DNA from: a candidate division FCPU426 bacterium
GTDB taxonomy: Bacteria > Oederibacteriota > Muellerivitia > Muellerivitales > Muellerivitaceae
Assembly: GCA_963738405.1 (NCBI GenBank)
Contig: CAVTWJ010000023.1
Coordinates: 320,001 to 384,000 of the forward strand
Reading direction: 5' to 3'
Length of the DNA stretch: 64,000 bases
Both the position numbers and the translations under genes were made by a program. Shown here piece after piece: positions 22,189-32,494 of this stretch. The stretch's first letter is position 1, and the number at the start of each line of letters is the position of its first letter. A model generated the notes under the pieces. It had not been told where the DNA came from. It saw nothing but the letters and a program-made list of their open reading frames with translations, and made no database searches.

Positions 22189-22214
22189 CAGCCGCCCGGC
22201 GGAAGGAGCGTCCC

Positions 22215-23084
22215 ATGAAACTAAAAATCACCCATCAAATTCAATATTCCTACAGCCGTGAAGTTTTTGTGGAGCCGACGGTTTTGCGCTTGAAGCCCCG
22301 GGACGACTTCAGCCAAAAACTGGAAAACTTTCAGATCAATCTAAACCCGGCTCCCTCGGGCCAATCCGAGGGGCTGGATCTTTACAACAACCCGGTCACT
22401 ACCTTTTGGCACACCGCCAACCTGCCCAAATGGGAAGCCTCCACCTCTTTCACGGTGGAAACCCTTCTCCAGAACCCCTTCAACTATCTCATCACCGATC
22501 CCCAGGTATTGAAACTGCCCGCCCGATACGGAAAAGAAAACCGCCAGACCATGGCGCCCTATCTTTTCAGGCCCGAGCCCGACGGGGCGGTAGACGAGCT
22601 GGCCCAAAGGCTGTTGACCGAAAGCGATGACAACACCCTGGGCTTTCTCTACCACATGACGGACGCCCTTCACCGCGACTTCCAGCAGGTGGTTCGCCTC
22701 GTGGGTGAGGCCCTTCCGCCGGGCAAGACCCTGCGGCGCAAGGAAGGCGCCTGCCGGGACATGGCGGTTTTATTCATCGACCTGTGCCGCTCGTTAGGGG
22801 TGGCTTCCCGTTTCGTCAGCGGCTACAAGTACGACCCCGGCGCCTTGGATAGCTTTGAACTGCACGCCTGGGCCGAGGTTTATTTGCCGGGGGCGGGGTG
22901 GCGGGGTTACGACCCCTCCTTAGGGCTGGCGGTAGCGGACGCCCATGTCGCCCTAGCCTCAGGCCCCAGCCCGTCTGAAGCCGCCGCGGTGACGGGCAAC
23001 TATCGGGGGACCGACGCTTTGTCCAAGCTGGTTTATCAGGTGAACATGGAAAACCTGACTCCGGCCGAAAAGGTCGGGGTTTGA
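22215..23084 (+). CDS. Transglutaminase-like protein
   Basis: GACRD, SRFVSGY, HAWAEVYLPGAGWRGYDP catalytic triad; AGGAG RBS before ATG 22215. Confidence 0.92.
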   Translation: MKLKITHQIQYSYSREVFVEPTVLRLKPRDDFSQKLENFQINLNPAPSGQSEGLDLYNNPVTTFWHTANLPKWEASTSFTVETLLQNPFNYLITDPQVLKLPARYGKENRQTMAPYLFRPEPDGAVDELAQRLLTESDDNTLGFLYHMTDALHRDFQQVVRLVGEALPPGKTLRRKEGACRDMAVLFIDLCRSLGVASRFVSGYKYDPGALDSFELHAWAEVYLPGAGWRGYDPSLGLAVADAHVALASGPSPSEAAAVTGNYRGTDALSKLVYQVNMENLTPAEKVGV

Positions 23085-23122
23085 GGGGCCAACTTCACCC
23101 CGAACGTCTGACATGTGGAAAA

Positions 23123-25297
23123 TCAGCCGGGCGGTTTTGACGCCCCCCCTTTCCCCTCTTTTATCGCCTCCAATCGCATCAAGACGGATAAATTATCCTT
23201 GGCCGAGGTTAGATCCAAGGGAGCGTGGATGGCCTTTTTGAACATTTTCTCGGCCTGGGGATAATTTCTTTCCAGCATGTAAAACCCTCCCAGTTCATTG
23301 TAAAAATTCGCCGCCGGGAAGCCTTCCCTCACGGCCCTTCGCATGGCCTCAAAGGAAGCCCTGTAATTCTCCGGCGAAGGCCGGCCGAACATGTTGTCCC
23401 AGTTGTGAAGGCTGAATTGGATATCCCAATAGCAGGATCGGACGAGGGGGTCGCGACTCAAGTCGGGCTCCAGGGCATCCATCATCCGGATGGAATTTTT
23501 TCGGGCAGGATCGATGGGAAGCTTCACGAATTGTTGGAGGACCCGGTCCAACTGCCCATTCGCCTTCCGCCAATCGTCGATCCTCTCCCGAGTCCGATCA
23601 TTGACCGGTAGGATCCCCAGCATCAATCCACCATTGAAGACATTTTGGGACGGATCCACGTCGCGGGAAAGCCAAAACCATCTCCCCTCGGGAAAGGCCC
23701 AGGCCAAAAATGGTTGATAATTCACGTTGACGACCAGGGCGGCCCACCGGGGCTGAACCCCGGTCCATTCCGGATGGTCTTCGGCGTTGAAAGGAAAGCA
23801 AGCGACGCGGAGCGAATAGTCGTGGAACACCGAGATGTTCAATTCGGTCAAAAGGATCCCCGGTCCCTGTTCACGGTACTGCCGCTCCAGTATGGGAAAG
23901 GCTCTGGCGTTCTCCTTGACCTTCAGGAAATCCCAATACTCATTGACGGTCTCCCGGGATCTTTGCAAATGCACCAGATCCAGGCCCGAGGAAACCAGGT
24001 ACAGGGCCACCAACAGTAGTTTGGCTTCCCTTTCCCGGAACTTTCCGGCGACCCATTCCAATCCCTGGACCGCCACGAACGAAAGAAGGGGCAGCTCCTG
24101 GATGACCCTCATCTCGCTCAAGGGGGGCGAGCTCAAGAGATCGGGGAGGAAGAAAACGAATGCCGCCCCATAAACCCAGGCCCAGGTGCCCTTCGCGAGT
24201 TTCCCGGGAAGGACCAGGAACCCCAGGACCAGCAAAACTCCGGTCACGGGGTTGAAAAAACCGCCCCAGACGGGGCCGTAATTGTAATGACCGATGTGAT
24301 AACCCCAAACGAACCCCGATAATTCCCGTCCGATCCTCCCCAAATAGTCCCCCAGGGATTCTGAATTTCCCAGGTTGAGCATGAAGGAATAATAGGTGCC
24401 GAAACTCCGGTGGAAGAGGGACCAAACCATGGGGATCAAGGCTATCGAAAAGGGCGCCCCCAAGGCTAGGATTTGCCGAGGCCTCTGCCGGGGCTCCTCT
24501 CCATTCCATATCCGGACTAGGAGTGGGATGGACGCCATGAGGCAGACCACGGGCCAAGAGAAATAGGTATAGAACCCGGTCCCTAACATCAAGCCGCAGA
24601 TCGACAGCCAAACGGTACGATCCTTCGAAGCCTGCGCCCGTAAGCACCGGCTGACGGAATAAAAGGTGGCGAATTCCCAAAGAACGAGCAGGAGACCCTG
24701 ATGACAGATCCGACCGAAAAAAAGGAGCCCGAATCCCGTCGATAAGACCGCCAGATAGAGGAAAGCGCTGGTCCGGGAAAAAAGGTTTCGAAGGGTACCG
24801 TAAGCCAGGGGCAGCATGAGGATCGAAAGAAGGATTGGAAGGGCCCGGATGACCGTCAGGGGAGAGGGCAACACCTTGAAAAGAAGGGATAAGGTCCAAA
24901 TCAACAAGGGGGGCAGTTGGGTCCAGAAAAAATAGGGGTGCCAATCCCAATGCTGGTCCAATTTCATGGCGAAATACCCATTGATCATCTCATCATAGGT
25001 GAGCCAATTTGGAAAATCGCCGAACCAAATGCATCGAACCACCAAAGCAACCGGGATGATGGCCCAAAAAAACCAGGATGGGATCTCCATTCTTTCTTCC
25101 ACGGCACCCTCAGGCGTTTGGCTCCGATTCCTCCGGATAAAAAAAACCAGTGGTAACAACCAACCCATCACAAAGACCCAAAGTTTCAAGTCGATAGGCG
25201 CCTGGAAATAAGAAAGAAAGGAATGGACCGCCACGAGCCAGACAAGAAAAAGCCCAAGGCCGGGATTTCGGACGGAGCCCGAAGGGTCTATTTTCAT
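23123..25297 (-). CDS. GT-C (ArnT/PMT-like) glycosyltransferase with C-terminal TPR-like helices
   Basis: Many TM segments, YDE motif in the first loop followed by LPPL, C-terminal YNELGGFY...AEKMFKKAI. Confidence 0.7.
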   Translation of the reverse strand: MKIDPSGSVRNPGLGLFLVWLVAVHSFLSYFQAPIDLKLWVFVMGWLLPLVFFIRRNRSQTPEGAVEERMEIPSWFFWAIIPVALVVRCIWFGDFPNWLTYDEMINGYFAMKLDQHWDWHPYFFWTQLPPLLIWTLSLLFKVLPSPLTVIRALPILLSILMLPLAYGTLRNLFSRTSAFLYLAVLSTGFGLLFFGRICHQGLLLVLWEFATFYSVSRCLRAQASKDRTVWLSICGLMLGTGFYTYFSWPVVCLMASIPLLVRIWNGEEPRQRPRQILALGAPFSIALIPMVWSLFHRSFGTYYSFMLNLGNSESLGDYLGRIGRELSGFVWGYHIGHYNYGPVWGGFFNPVTGVLLVLGFLVLPGKLAKGTWAWVYGAAFVFFLPDLLSSPPLSEMRVIQELPLLSFVAVQGLEWVAGKFREREAKLLLVALYLVSSGLDLVHLQRSRETVNEYWDFLKVKENARAFPILERQYREQGPGILLTELNISVFHDYSLRVACFPFNAEDHPEWTGVQPRWAALVVNVNYQPFLAWAFPEGRWFWLSRDVDPSQNVFNGGLMLGILPVNDRTRERIDDWRKANGQLDRVLQQFVKLPIDPARKNSIRMMDALEPDLSRDPLVRSCYWDIQFSLHNWDNMFGRPSPENYRASFEAMRRAVREGFPAANFYNELGGFYMLERNYPQAEKMFKKAIHAPLDLTSAKDNLSVLMRLEAIKEGKGGASKPPG

Positions 25298-25413
25298 CGA
25301 TCGCTTCTCCTAAAAACAAAACACACTGGATCAAACGACGCGCCGGAGCTCTTCTAAACCGAGAATCATAAAGAAGTTCGCATTTGAATCGTTTCAATTT
25401 TATACTAGCGCCC

Positions 25414-27327
25414 ATGGATTCACCAAACGAGCCTTTTCCCGAAGGCCTGACAGGTCTCACGGTCGCGGCCTTTGAAAGCCGCATGGCCGATGAGATGGCG
25501 GGCCTGATCGAGCGCCAGGGAGGCGTTGCCCGAGTGGCCCCTTCCATGCGTGAAATTCCACTCACTGACAACGAGGAAGCCTTCGCCTTTTTCGAGCGCC
25601 TCAAACAGGGTCCCTTCGACCTGGTGGTCTTCATGACCGGCATTGGCACCCGCACCCTCTTCCAGGTCCTCCTGGCCAAGTACCCCAAGAGCCTGGTGGA
25701 AAAGGCCTTCAAGCGGGTGACCCTGGCCGCCCGGGGCCCCAAGTCGGTAAAGGCCCTGACCGAATTCGGTTTCCGAGCCTCCCGCGTCGCCGAGGAGCCC
25801 AATACCTGGCGGGAAATGCTGGCGGCTTTGGGTGATTTAAAAAATAAAAGGCTGGCGGTACAGGAATACGGCGCGCCTAACCCGGAGTTCTACAAGGCGA
25901 TGAAGGAAGAAGGAGCTTTGGAGGTTCTTCCGGTCCGCGTTTACCGATGGGCCCTGCCTGAAAACACCGCGCCACTAAAAGATCTCATAACCGACATCAC
26001 GGACGGCAAAGTCCAGGTCGCTCTCTTTACCAGCGCCACGCAAATTCAAAACACCTTGGAAGTCGCGAGGGAAATGGGTTTAGAAGCCAGGCTTAAAACC
26101 GCCCTATCCATGATGGCCGTGGGCTCGGTGGGGTCCATTTGCTCCGAAGCCATTCGAAGCAATGGCATTCAGGTGGATTTTGAACCCGAACATCCCAAGA
26201 TGGGGTTTCTGGTCAAGGAGGCGGCGGAAAAAGCCGTCTCGATTATTCCTGCCAAACTCATCGGCGCCCCCACGCTTTCTTCTCCCCGTGCTGACTTCCT
26301 TCACGACAGCTTGTTTCTCAAGGCCTGCCGGAAGGAGCCTACTTCCCGCACACCTATTTGGATCATGCGCCAAGCCGGGCGCTACCTGCCCGAATACCAA
26401 GACCTCCGTTCATCCGTTTCCTTTTTGGAACTTTGCAAGACCCCCGAGCTGGCCTGCCGGGCCACGGTTTCCGCCCAGGAGGTTTTGGGCGTGGACGCCG
26501 CCATCCTTTTCGCCGACATCCTCCTCATCACGGAGCCCATGGGGTTCCAACTGGAATTCAGCGATAAGGGCGGACCCAAAATTCACAATCCCTTCCGCCA
26601 AGCGGAAGACCTCAAACGTCTGAAGGATGTGGACCCAAAAAAAGACCTGGATTATGTCATGGAAGCCGTCCGCCTGATCCGTTCCAAACTTCAAGTTGAT
26701 ATCCCTCTCATCGGTTTCGCGGGGGCGCCCTTCACGCTGGCCTCCTATATGATGGAAGGGGGTTCCTCCAGGGATTTCATGCATACCCGTTCCCTTCTGG
26801 CGGAAGATCCTGACTGCTGGGACCAATTGATGGAGAAGGTGGTGGCAGCCACCACTTCCTACTTGAACGCACAGGTTGAGGCGGGCGCCCAGGCCCTTCA
26901 GTTATTTGATTCCTGGGTCGGCATTCTTTCTCCCGTGGAGTACAAAAAATTCGTCCTTCCCCACTTGAAACGCTTGACCGCCGCTCTAAACCCTTCGGTA
27001 CCCCTGATTTATTTTGGGGTTCACACCGGTCCCTTTCTTCCTTTCTTAAGGGAGACGGGCGCCACCGTATTCGGAGTGGATTGGAACATTCCGCTGGATG
27101 AGGCCTGGAAGCTTTTGGGCGACACGGCCATTCAGGGCAATCTGGACCCCAACCTATTGCTGACGGCTACCCCAAACGAAGTCAGCGTGAAGACCGAGGG
27201 AATTTTAAGAAGAGCCAAGGGCCGGCCGGGCCATATCTTTAACTTGGGCCACGGCATCCTGCCCAAGACGCCGATGGAAAACGTCAAGACCATGATTGAG
27301 ACCGTGAAGAACTGGAAAAATAAGTAA
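25414..27327 (+). CDS. hemE: Fused uroporphyrinogen-III synthase (HemD) and uroporphyrinogen decarboxylase (HemE)
   Basis: N-half has FESR, ARGPK, VYRW, FTSATQ; C-half has WIMRQAGRYLPEY, IGFAGAPFTLASY, FNLGHGI. Confidence 0.9.
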   Translation: MDSPNEPFPEGLTGLTVAAFESRMADEMAGLIERQGGVARVAPSMREIPLTDNEEAFAFFERLKQGPFDLVVFMTGIGTRTLFQVLLAKYPKSLVEKAFKRVTLAARGPKSVKALTEFGFRASRVAEEPNTWREMLAALGDLKNKRLAVQEYGAPNPEFYKAMKEEGALEVLPVRVYRWALPENTAPLKDLITDITDGKVQVALFTSATQIQNTLEVAREMGLEARLKTALSMMAVGSVGSICSEAIRSNGIQVDFEPEHPKMGFLVKEAAEKAVSIIPAKLIGAPTLSSPRADFLHDSLFLKACRKEPTSRTPIWIMRQAGRYLPEYQDLRSSVSFLELCKTPELACRATVSAQEVLGVDAAILFADILLITEPMGFQLEFSDKGGPKIHNPFRQAEDLKRLKDVDPKKDLDYVMEAVRLIRSKLQVDIPLIGFAGAPFTLASYMMEGGSSRDFMHTRSLLAEDPDCWDQLMEKVVAATTSYLNAQVEAGAQALQLFDSWVGILSPVEYKKFVLPHLKRLTAALNPSVPLIYFGVHTGPFLPFLRETGATVFGVDWNIPLDEAWKLLGDTAIQGNLDPNLLLTATPNEVSVKTEGILRRAKGRPGHIFNLGHGILPKTPMENVKTMIETVKNWKNK

Positions 27328-28256
27328 TGGGCTCTTATGACGCGGTCCTCTTAATCGGCTTCGGCGGGCCCGAAAAGCCGGAGGATGTGCTTCCCTTTTT
27401 ACAGGATGTCACGGCGGGAAAGGATATTCCTCCTGAGCGCCTGCAGTTGGTGGCCAAGCAATACGAAAAAATCGGCGGCTCCTCGCCCTATAACCGCCTG
27501 ACTCTGGATCAGGCCAAGGCCCTTCAAAAAATCCTCAAGGCCCGGGGATTGGATATTCCTGTTGTTGTGGGATTCGCCCATGCGAAACCCCATATCGCCG
27601 ATACCCTGCGGGATCTCTCCCAGACGGGCAAAACCCGAATCTTCGCCATCGTCATGGCCCCTCACCGCAGCCCGGCCTCTTATGATAAATATATCGCGAA
27701 GGTAGACGAGGCCAGGCAAACCCTTCCCCCGCTGGAAATCACTTACGCTCCGGCCTGGCACAACCGCCCCGGCTTTATCCAGGCCATCGCGGACAACGTA
27801 AAGGAAGCCTTCAGTCATTTATCTAAAGAAGAAAAAGCCCGTCACCGGGCTGAACTCATCTTCACCACCCACAGCATCCCCAAGGCCATGGCCAACAGCT
27901 CGCCCTATTCGGGCCAGTTCGAGGAAACAGCCATATTGGTAACCCAAAAGGTCGAGGTTCCCTATTACCAAACAGCCTTCACCAGCCGAAGCGGAAGGCC
28001 CACCGAAGCCTGGCTGGAACCCGACCTGGGGGATTTTATCGAACGCCGAACTTACGAAACCCTCTCGGCCTGCGTGGTGGCCCCCATCGGCTTTTTAGTG
28101 GATCACGTGGAAGTGCTTTACGACATTGACACCCTGGCTCAGGAAAAAGCCAAGTGGAAAAGCCTGCACATGGTCCGCGCCAAAACCGTGGGGACCCATC
28201 CTTCCTTCATCGCAATGCTGGCCTCGCTGGTTGAGGAAAACCGGGAAACCTTTTAA
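27327..28256 (+). CDS. hemH: Ferrochelatase (probably coproporphyrin ferrochelatase)
   Basis: FGGPE, GGSSP, FTTHSIP, WLEPD, GFLVDHVEVLYDID. Confidence 0.92.
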   Translation: MGSYDAVLLIGFGGPEKPEDVLPFLQDVTAGKDIPPERLQLVAKQYEKIGGSSPYNRLTLDQAKALQKILKARGLDIPVVVGFAHAKPHIADTLRDLSQTGKTRIFAIVMAPHRSPASYDKYIAKVDEARQTLPPLEITYAPAWHNRPGFIQAIADNVKEAFSHLSKEEKARHRAELIFTTHSIPKAMANSSPYSGQFEETAILVTQKVEVPYYQTAFTSRSGRPTEAWLEPDLGDFIERRTYETLSACVVAPIGFLVDHVEVLYDIDTLAQEKAKWKSLHMVRAKTVGTHPSFIAMLASLVEENRETF

Positions 28257-28394
28257 TTTAGACCTAAGCGGATAGGAATTTTTCCCCGGTTGGTTTTTCA
28301 GGAAGTTTTTGGATTATTATCCCTCGTCGCATAAATCGATCTCATCAGGCTTCCATGTTTGAAGACTTGGAAAGCTTTAGCGAATTGGAAATTA

Positions 28395-29807
28395 ATGGAT
28401 CACTTACGGGTCGTCATCATCGGGGCCGGCGTTAGCGGCCTGGCTTCGGCCTTGCGGCTGGAGGAATTGGCCAAGGAAAATGGGATTTCTCTCGACCTGA
28501 CGATTCTGGAAGGCGGTTCCAAACCAGGCGGCGTCACTTCCACCATTGAACAAAACGGCTTTCTTATAGAAGAGGGCCCCGATTGTTTTCTCACTGAGAA
28601 ACCCGCCGGGGTCGCACTGGTGAAACGCCTGGGACTGGAAGACCAGCTTATCGGCACCAACCCCAACATTCACCAGTCGTTTATCCTGAAGCACAATCGG
28701 CTCTACCCCATCCCTGAGGGTTTCTACATGATGGCCCCCTCCCGAATCATGCCCCTCCTCACCACGCCCCTTCTTTCACCTCTGGGAAAACTACGCGCTG
28801 CCTTAGAGCCCTTCATTCCCGCCCGCAAGGATGTGCAGGATGAAAGCATCGGCCACTTTGTGACCCGCCGTTTGGGCAAAGAAGCATTTCAATACCTGGC
28901 CCAGCCCCTGGTGGGCGGAGTCTACAACGCCGACCCCTTTGAACTGAGCCTCTCGGCCTGCACGCCCCAGTTCAAGGAAATGGAGCAAAAATATGGTTCG
29001 CTGTTGAAAGCCATGGCGGCCCGCAAGCTGAATTCCCAGAAACGAGTCTCCGGTGCCCGCTATTCTCTCTTCGCCACCTTCCCCAAGGGCATGCAAACCC
29101 TAATTGACGCGATGGCTTCTAAGCTTCCCTCGGAAGCCTTTTGGATGAACCATTCGGTCGAATCCCTCAAGCCCAAGGACGGCGGGGGATGGGAAGTCGT
29201 CAACCGCGACCGTTCTTTCGAGGCCGACGCGGTGGTATTGGCCATCCAGCCTAACAAGATGTCCGCCCTTCTGGGTCCATTAGATAAGGAATGGGAAAAA
29301 CTTCTGGCAGGCGTTCCCGCCCATGATTCAGCGACCCTGAACCTGGGCTTCCGCCGGGAGGATGTGGGCCATCCCCTCAACGGATACGGGTTTGTGGTTC
29401 CCTCGGTTGAGAACAAACTTTGCGTGGGGGTTTCCTTTGTCAGCCAAAAATTCGCCGGGCGCGCCCCGGAAGGGAACGTACTGATCCGAGTCTTTTTAGG
29501 AAAAGAAGCCGTTGCCCTTTACCAATCCCAGGGATCCGACAAGCTGTTGGAGGCTCTTCCAGCGGAACTAACCCCTATTCTTCAACTCAAGAGCCATCCC
29601 CTCTTCCATCATTTGGCGGTTTATCAGAAATCCCAGTCCTATTACCGGCCCGGCCATCTCAGCCTGGCCGCGAGGCTTCTGGAAAAGGCCGGGGAAACTA
29701 AGGGCCTCTACCTAGGCGGGAACGGGCTGGTCGGAAGCGGCATCCCCGATTGCGTGGCTTCAGGTGAAACCGCCGCGGACAAGATCATTACGGATTTCAA
29801 AACCTAG
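28395..29807 (+). CDS. hemY: HemY/CgoX-type porphyrinogen oxidase
   Basis: IIGAGVSGL FAD motif, EEGPDCF, GYGFVVP, GIPDCV. Confidence 0.9.
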   Translation: MDHLRVVIIGAGVSGLASALRLEELAKENGISLDLTILEGGSKPGGVTSTIEQNGFLIEEGPDCFLTEKPAGVALVKRLGLEDQLIGTNPNIHQSFILKHNRLYPIPEGFYMMAPSRIMPLLTTPLLSPLGKLRAALEPFIPARKDVQDESIGHFVTRRLGKEAFQYLAQPLVGGVYNADPFELSLSACTPQFKEMEQKYGSLLKAMAARKLNSQKRVSGARYSLFATFPKGMQTLIDAMASKLPSEAFWMNHSVESLKPKDGGGWEVVNRDRSFEADAVVLAIQPNKMSALLGPLDKEWEKLLAGVPAHDSATLNLGFRREDVGHPLNGYGFVVPSVENKLCVGVSFVSQKFAGRAPEGNVLIRVFLGKEAVALYQSQGSDKLLEALPAELTPILQLKSHPLFHHLAVYQKSQSYYRPGHLSLAARLLEKAGETKGLYLGGNGLVGSGIPDCVASGETAADKIITDFKT

Positions 29808-29832
29808 AACCTTTAATTCACATCAAAGAATC

Positions 29833-29940
29833 TTTAGCCACAGATGCATAGGATTCATTGGATTAACCCTTATCACAAAAACAAATCCTGCCCTTCTTGT
29901 TTTCGATTTATCCCATGCATCCCATGAATCTGTGGCTGAA
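29833..29940. repeat. Intergenic imperfect inverted repeat (31-bp arms, 9-bp internal periodicity)
   Basis: TTTAGCCACAGATGCATAGGATTCATTGGAT (29833-29863) pairs with ATCCCATGCATCCCATGAATCTGTGGCTGAA (29910-29940). Confidence 0.8.
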
Positions 29941-30023
29941 TTAGGTTTTTATTCTGCCTTTTGCTGGGTTCAGGGCCCCTCTCTGTGGTAAAACCTTCCC
30001 TCCAACTCTTAAAGGAAGCCGCC

Positions 30024-31217
30024 ATGGATTACTCCCGTTTCTTTTCCCAAAGTTCAAACCGAATGAAGCCCTCCGTCATTCGAGCCCTATTAAAGCTGGT
30101 CCAGCAATCCGACATCATTTCTTTCGCCGGGGGCACCCCCGACGCCGAACTGTTTCCACGGGACCTTTTGGCCGACATCGCCTCCCGTGTCATCCGGGAG
30201 CAGGGCCGATTGTCGCTTCAATACGGCGAGACCATCGGTTGGAAGCCTTTCCGGGAACAGGTAGCCCATTACCTGGCCTCCCAAGGCATCGATTGCACTT
30301 ATGAAAATATCCTCATCACCACGGGCAGCCAACAGGGGCTATATCTGTCCGGTCTAACCTTGATGAACCCCGGCGACTCGGTGATGGTGGAAGAACCCAG
30401 CTACTTGGGCGGCCTGTTGGCTTTTAAGAATTTTTCCGCCAACTTTATACCTGTTCCCTGCGGCGAAAAGGGTATGGACCCAGCCGATGTGGATAAGGCC
30501 CTCTCCAGCGCTTATCCCAAGCCCAGACTTCTCTACACCATCCCCACCTTTCAAAACCCCGCTGGGTCCACCATGCCCGAAATGCAAAGGGCCCAACTGA
30601 TTGAAATCGCCCGCAACCATGATCTTTTGATCATTGAGGATAACCCCTACGGCGAATTGAACTTCACCGGCAAGCCCATCAAATCCATCAAGTCCTTTGA
30701 CAAGGATGGCCGGGTGATTTACCTCGGCAGTTTCAGCAAGATCGCCTCGCCGGGCATGCGCCTAGGCTGGGTCTGCGCCGACCCGGACCTGGTGGGCCGC
30801 ATGGCCACCGCCAAGGAAACGGCCGATGTCTGCACCGACGTTCTTTCACAGACTATCGCGGCGGAATTTTTTAGAAGCGGCCACCTAAAGGACCATTTGG
30901 ACAAACTAATCGGCACCTACCAAAAACGCAGGGACGCCATGCTTGCGGCAATCAAGGAATACTTCCCCAAGGAAATCCGCTACAACCATCCCTTGGGAGG
31001 CTTTTTCGTGTGGGCTGAACTGCCGGAGGGGCTGAACGCCGTGACCTTGTTTGAAAAGGCCGTCGCTGCCAAGGTGGCCTATGTGGTGGGCACGGCCTTT
31101 TACACGAAGGAAGGCCAGGGTTTAAACACCCTTCGTTTGACCTACTGCGCGGTGGATGAAGAAAGAATAAGGGAAGGCATTCAGCGTTTAGGCAAGGTCT
31201 TCAAAGAAGCCCTTTAA
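30024..31217 (+). CDS. PLP-dependent class I aminotransferase (2-aminoadipate/aromatic aminotransferase-like)
   Basis: ISFAGGTP, TGSQQG, FQNPAG, IEDNPY, GSFSKIASPGMRLGW. Confidence 0.9.
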   Translation: MDYSRFFSQSSNRMKPSVIRALLKLVQQSDIISFAGGTPDAELFPRDLLADIASRVIREQGRLSLQYGETIGWKPFREQVAHYLASQGIDCTYENILITTGSQQGLYLSGLTLMNPGDSVMVEEPSYLGGLLAFKNFSANFIPVPCGEKGMDPADVDKALSSAYPKPRLLYTIPTFQNPAGSTMPEMQRAQLIEIARNHDLLIIEDNPYGELNFTGKPIKSIKSFDKDGRVIYLGSFSKIASPGMRLGWVCADPDLVGRMATAKETADVCTDVLSQTIAAEFFRSGHLKDHLDKLIGTYQKRRDAMLAAIKEYFPKEIRYNHPLGGFFVWAELPEGLNAVTLFEKAVAAKVAYVVGTAFYTKEGQGLNTLRLTYCAVDEERIREGIQRLGKVFKEAL

Positions 31218-31220
31218 GCC

Positions 31221-31604
31221 TTAGAGCCGGTAAGGGACGATGACAAAAGGATGTTTAGCTGGCGGAAAGTCCCTTGTATTGCGGGTCGCCAAAGACAGGG
31301 AATGGGCTTGAGCCAGCGCGGCTTGGAAAGCATCCGGAAGCTTCCACTTAAACTGCCGCCTTAATTGCGCCGCTTGATCCGCTATGACCGAGTTGATTTC
31401 CAAAATTGGGTATCTATCCAGCAAAACCTTAATTTCATCGGTTTCGTCCGGGCCATATCCCGTTAAAACTTCCGCCCGCGTAATAACCGATAGAACGCAC
31501 TCATGGTCATGCGAAATCAAAAAATGACTCGCCGCTGTTATGGAGTTTAAATGGTCTATGACGACCATCGAGTCCAAAAGATATCGGAGGGATTTTACCG
31601 CCAT
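31221..31604 (-). CDS. vapC: PIN-domain toxin (VapC-like)
   Basis: LLDS, TRAEVL, KLPDAFQAALA, TRNTRDF. Confidence 0.88.
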   Translation of the reverse strand: MAVKSLRYLLDSMVVIDHLNSITAASHFLISHDHECVLSVITRAEVLTGYGPDETDEIKVLLDRYPILEINSVIADQAAQLRRQFKWKLPDAFQAALAQAHSLSLATRNTRDFPPAKHPFVIVPYRL

Positions 31605-31834
31605 TCGCTTCTGATTTTCTTTTGGTATTTCAAGCCGTCCCCATATTTCCAGGTACCCCGGGTCCGGTCCAAAATTTCCTTGAGAGAAGGTTGAGGTTTT
31701 TCTTCTTTTGTCCGGTATTCTTGAATGGCCTCGCGGACCACTTGTGTCATGGTTTGATGCGTTTCCTGCGCCCTTTGGTCAAGCCACTTTTTATCCACAG
31801 GGTCCAGGCTGATAATAGTTCGTGTTTTCTTCAC
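31595..31834 (-). CDS. RHH/CopG-type antitoxin (VapB-like)
   Basis: 79 aa with RTIISL beta strand then helices (VVREAI); overlaps the PIN gene. Confidence 0.8.
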   Translation of the reverse strand: MKKTRTIISLDPVDKKWLDQRAQETHQTMTQVVREAIQEYRTKEEKPQPSLKEILDRTRGTWKYGDGLKYQKKIRSEWR

Positions 31835-31906
31835 AACAATCTCCTTGATATCGCCTTACTTAAAAATGATATCATTGTGAAAAACTAGCTTCAACGGGAA
31901 AAACCA

Positions 31907-32461
31907 ATGGAAAAAAAACACAAATATCTCATGCTTAACAAGCCCAAGGGCTATGTGGTCACCCGATCCGACGAGAAGGACCGCAAGATCGTTTATGAAC
32001 TATTGCCTGATTGGGCCTATGCCGACCATTGGAAGCCCGTGGGAAGGCTGGATTTGGATTCCAAGGGCCTGCTTCTTTTCACAAAGAACGACAAGCTGGC
32101 AGATAAGATCACGACGCCGGGCGGCTGCTTGAAAACTTATGAAGTCATGGTGCGTGGCATCGTGACCCCCGAGCACCTGAAGATGGCTTTAAAAGGCGTG
32201 GAAAATTCGGGCGAAATCCTAAAGGTATTCCAGGTTCGAATCATTGGCGGGGGCGGGGCGAAAACAAAACTGGAAGTGGTGTTGGACGAGGGCAAGAACA
32301 GGCACATCCGCAGACTTTTCGGAACCATGAAAGACCCGAAGTTTAAGACCGCCTTGAAGGTTTTGGATTTGAAGCGGGTACAAATTGGTGGATTGCATTT
32401 GGATGTGGAATCAGGCAAGTGGCGGTTTCTAACGTCGGATGATGAGTTGTTGTTGGTTTAG
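31907..32461 (+). CDS. RsuA/RluE-family pseudouridine synthase lacking an S4 domain
   Basis: LNKPKGYV, VGRLD, GLLLFT, EGKNRHIRR. Confidence 0.9.
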   Translation: MEKKHKYLMLNKPKGYVVTRSDEKDRKIVYELLPDWAYADHWKPVGRLDLDSKGLLLFTKNDKLADKITTPGGCLKTYEVMVRGIVTPEHLKMALKGVENSGEILKVFQVRIIGGGGAKTKLEVVLDEGKNRHIRRLFGTMKDPKFKTALKVLDLKRVQIGGLHLDVESGKWRFLTSDDELLLV

Positions 32462-32494
32462 ATCCTCAAAAAAGATTCTAATAAATATTCCCGT

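Noticed and set aside
31221..31834. vapBC as part of a mobile element
   Set aside because: No terminal repeats, transposase or integrase flank it; it appears to be a solitary TA pair.
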